Below, piece after piece: positions 62,619-64,000 of a stretch of DNA of 64,000 nt (within the stretch, counting starts at the first letter, position 1; each line of letters starts with the position of its first letter). Below the pieces are notes generated by a model. That model ran no database searches, was not told the DNA's origin, and worked only from the letters and a program-made list of their open reading frames with translations. A program made the position numbers and the translations under genes. This DNA comes from Lytechinus pictus. Its lineage: Eukaryota. The stretch lies in NCBI RefSeq assembly GCF_037042905.1, contig NC_087245.1, positions 11,906,001 to 11,970,000 on the forward strand, given 5' to 3'.

Positions 62619-64000
62619 TATGTCCATATGGCAAATACCCCTCCAATATTATTATCTTTTTACCCCATGATGGTTTAATGGTTTTATTAGAGATTACATT
62701 CAAATTTTTTTGACATTCCATCTTAATCCCTCCCAAAGACCCCAACATTGATGAATTGGAAGAAACGGGGGTTTCTCTTCAATGTTATAATAAGGACATA
62801 AGTATTTCGTTTGGAAATGGTGAACTGGCTCTTTATTTGCATTTTATGATTCAATAATATTGTTTTATTTGTTAAGCGGTATTTTAGGAAGAATTTTCAC
62901 CAATAAAACAATTATCTCTTGTGATTTTTTTTTACTTCTTTCGTAAAAAGTGGGGGGATGATTGTACAGGCCATCCCCCCCTCCTCGAAAAGTGGGGGGG
63001 ATATATCCCCCCCCCATCCCCCCGGGATTTACGCCAGTGCATAGCATTGTAAATCCAAATCAATGGAATATAATTTCGCTCTTTATCAATTCGTATAGTC
63101 GTATAGTCGTACTTTATCAATTCGTAAGACAAAGTCGTACTTTACTGAGGCCGCAATCACAAAAACACTACATGACAACAGAGAAACGGTCATATCGTTT
63201 ATGTCAAATCATATTTCAGATTTGAAAAAAAAATGAAAAGTGGAATGTATCTAAAAAATAAAAATAAAAGGTTTTCCACCTCCTAACACTCACAAACAAA
63301 AAGACCCCAAATCAACGACATGTGTATGCATGTGGCACTCCATAAACAATCTGTTGACTTTTCCGTAGTCTACGGCGTCATCTTGTCCATTTTGTTAGAG
63401 ATTTCCAAATAAATGCGACTCAAAGGAAAGGATTGGAAGATTTGCTTTTTAAATGAAGCTTGACTTCTGTCATTGTTCCTGATTTCGACGTAGCTGTATT
63501 TGCGATCGTGATAAAGTAAATCTTGTTCGTTCCTCTGTAACTGGACCAGTCACAAGACCGAGCAGCAGGAGCAAATCGTTAATCGGGCACCAGGACACAA
63601 AGCCAGACGGGGCTGGGCCTGCCGGTCCGGGAGTGAATGGCCGATGGGTAGGTTGGGAGTAGTCGGTATCTCAATTCTCACATTGTATCAGACTCAGTCA
63701 ATACACACAGTCCCAGGAAGAGCTAGGGTATTGCCACACATATAACAATGCCTTGAAAATCACTTCCCCACGAGCTGATGATGCCAAGAATCTTGTAAAT
63801 ATTTGATATCTCCAGATCTAGACTCTAGAGTAAAGTGCCCAAATATCGGACAATTATAATTGGACCAAACAAAAATACAATCATTGAATCAAATAAAAAT
63901 CATGTGTATTTCTGTAGTACAAATGTTGAATATTGATGTCATGAAAAAATTATGGTAAACGGACATTATTAACTTACTACCAGAGCCAGCTCCAGAGGCT

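Overview
AT-rich, intron-rich animal genomic DNA, most likely an echinoderm or sea urchin (inferred from gene content and repeat style, not proven). I assembled three spliced protein-coding genes by hand. (1) RNF41/Nrdp1 RING E3 ligase on + (CDS 11190-13928, 2 coding exons, 319 aa). (2) A secreted protein on - (32410-23491, 9 exons, ~630 aa): signal peptide, a ~320-aa Asp/Glu-rich region and five LDL-receptor class A repeats, with a 3.4-kb 34-bp minisatellite in one intron. (3) A proteinase-K/PCSK9-type S8 subtilase on - (48313-36641, 11 coding exons, 619 aa): signal peptide, I9 propeptide, intact D/H/S triad and two C-terminal CUB domains. The rest is dense in transposon debris: a deleted Tc1 element, TTAA-flanked Kolobok/T2-like MITEs, a 6-bp-TSD element, foldback MITEs, tRNA-derived SINEs, an L2/CR1 fragment and microsatellites. 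The most unusual signal is two over-represented palindromic octamers, TACATGTA and TAGGCCTA. Paralogous repeat copies show them to be 6-nt insertions at a TA (transposon-excision-footprint-like), and they partition between the CpG-poor RNF41 gene body and the rest of the window. Also notable are a tandem and foldback MITE array at 135-1115 and a palindromic MITE ~50 bp upstream of the LDLa gene start. No prokaryotic features, CRISPR arrays, rRNA or bona fide tRNA genes were found. All counts were made by eye.
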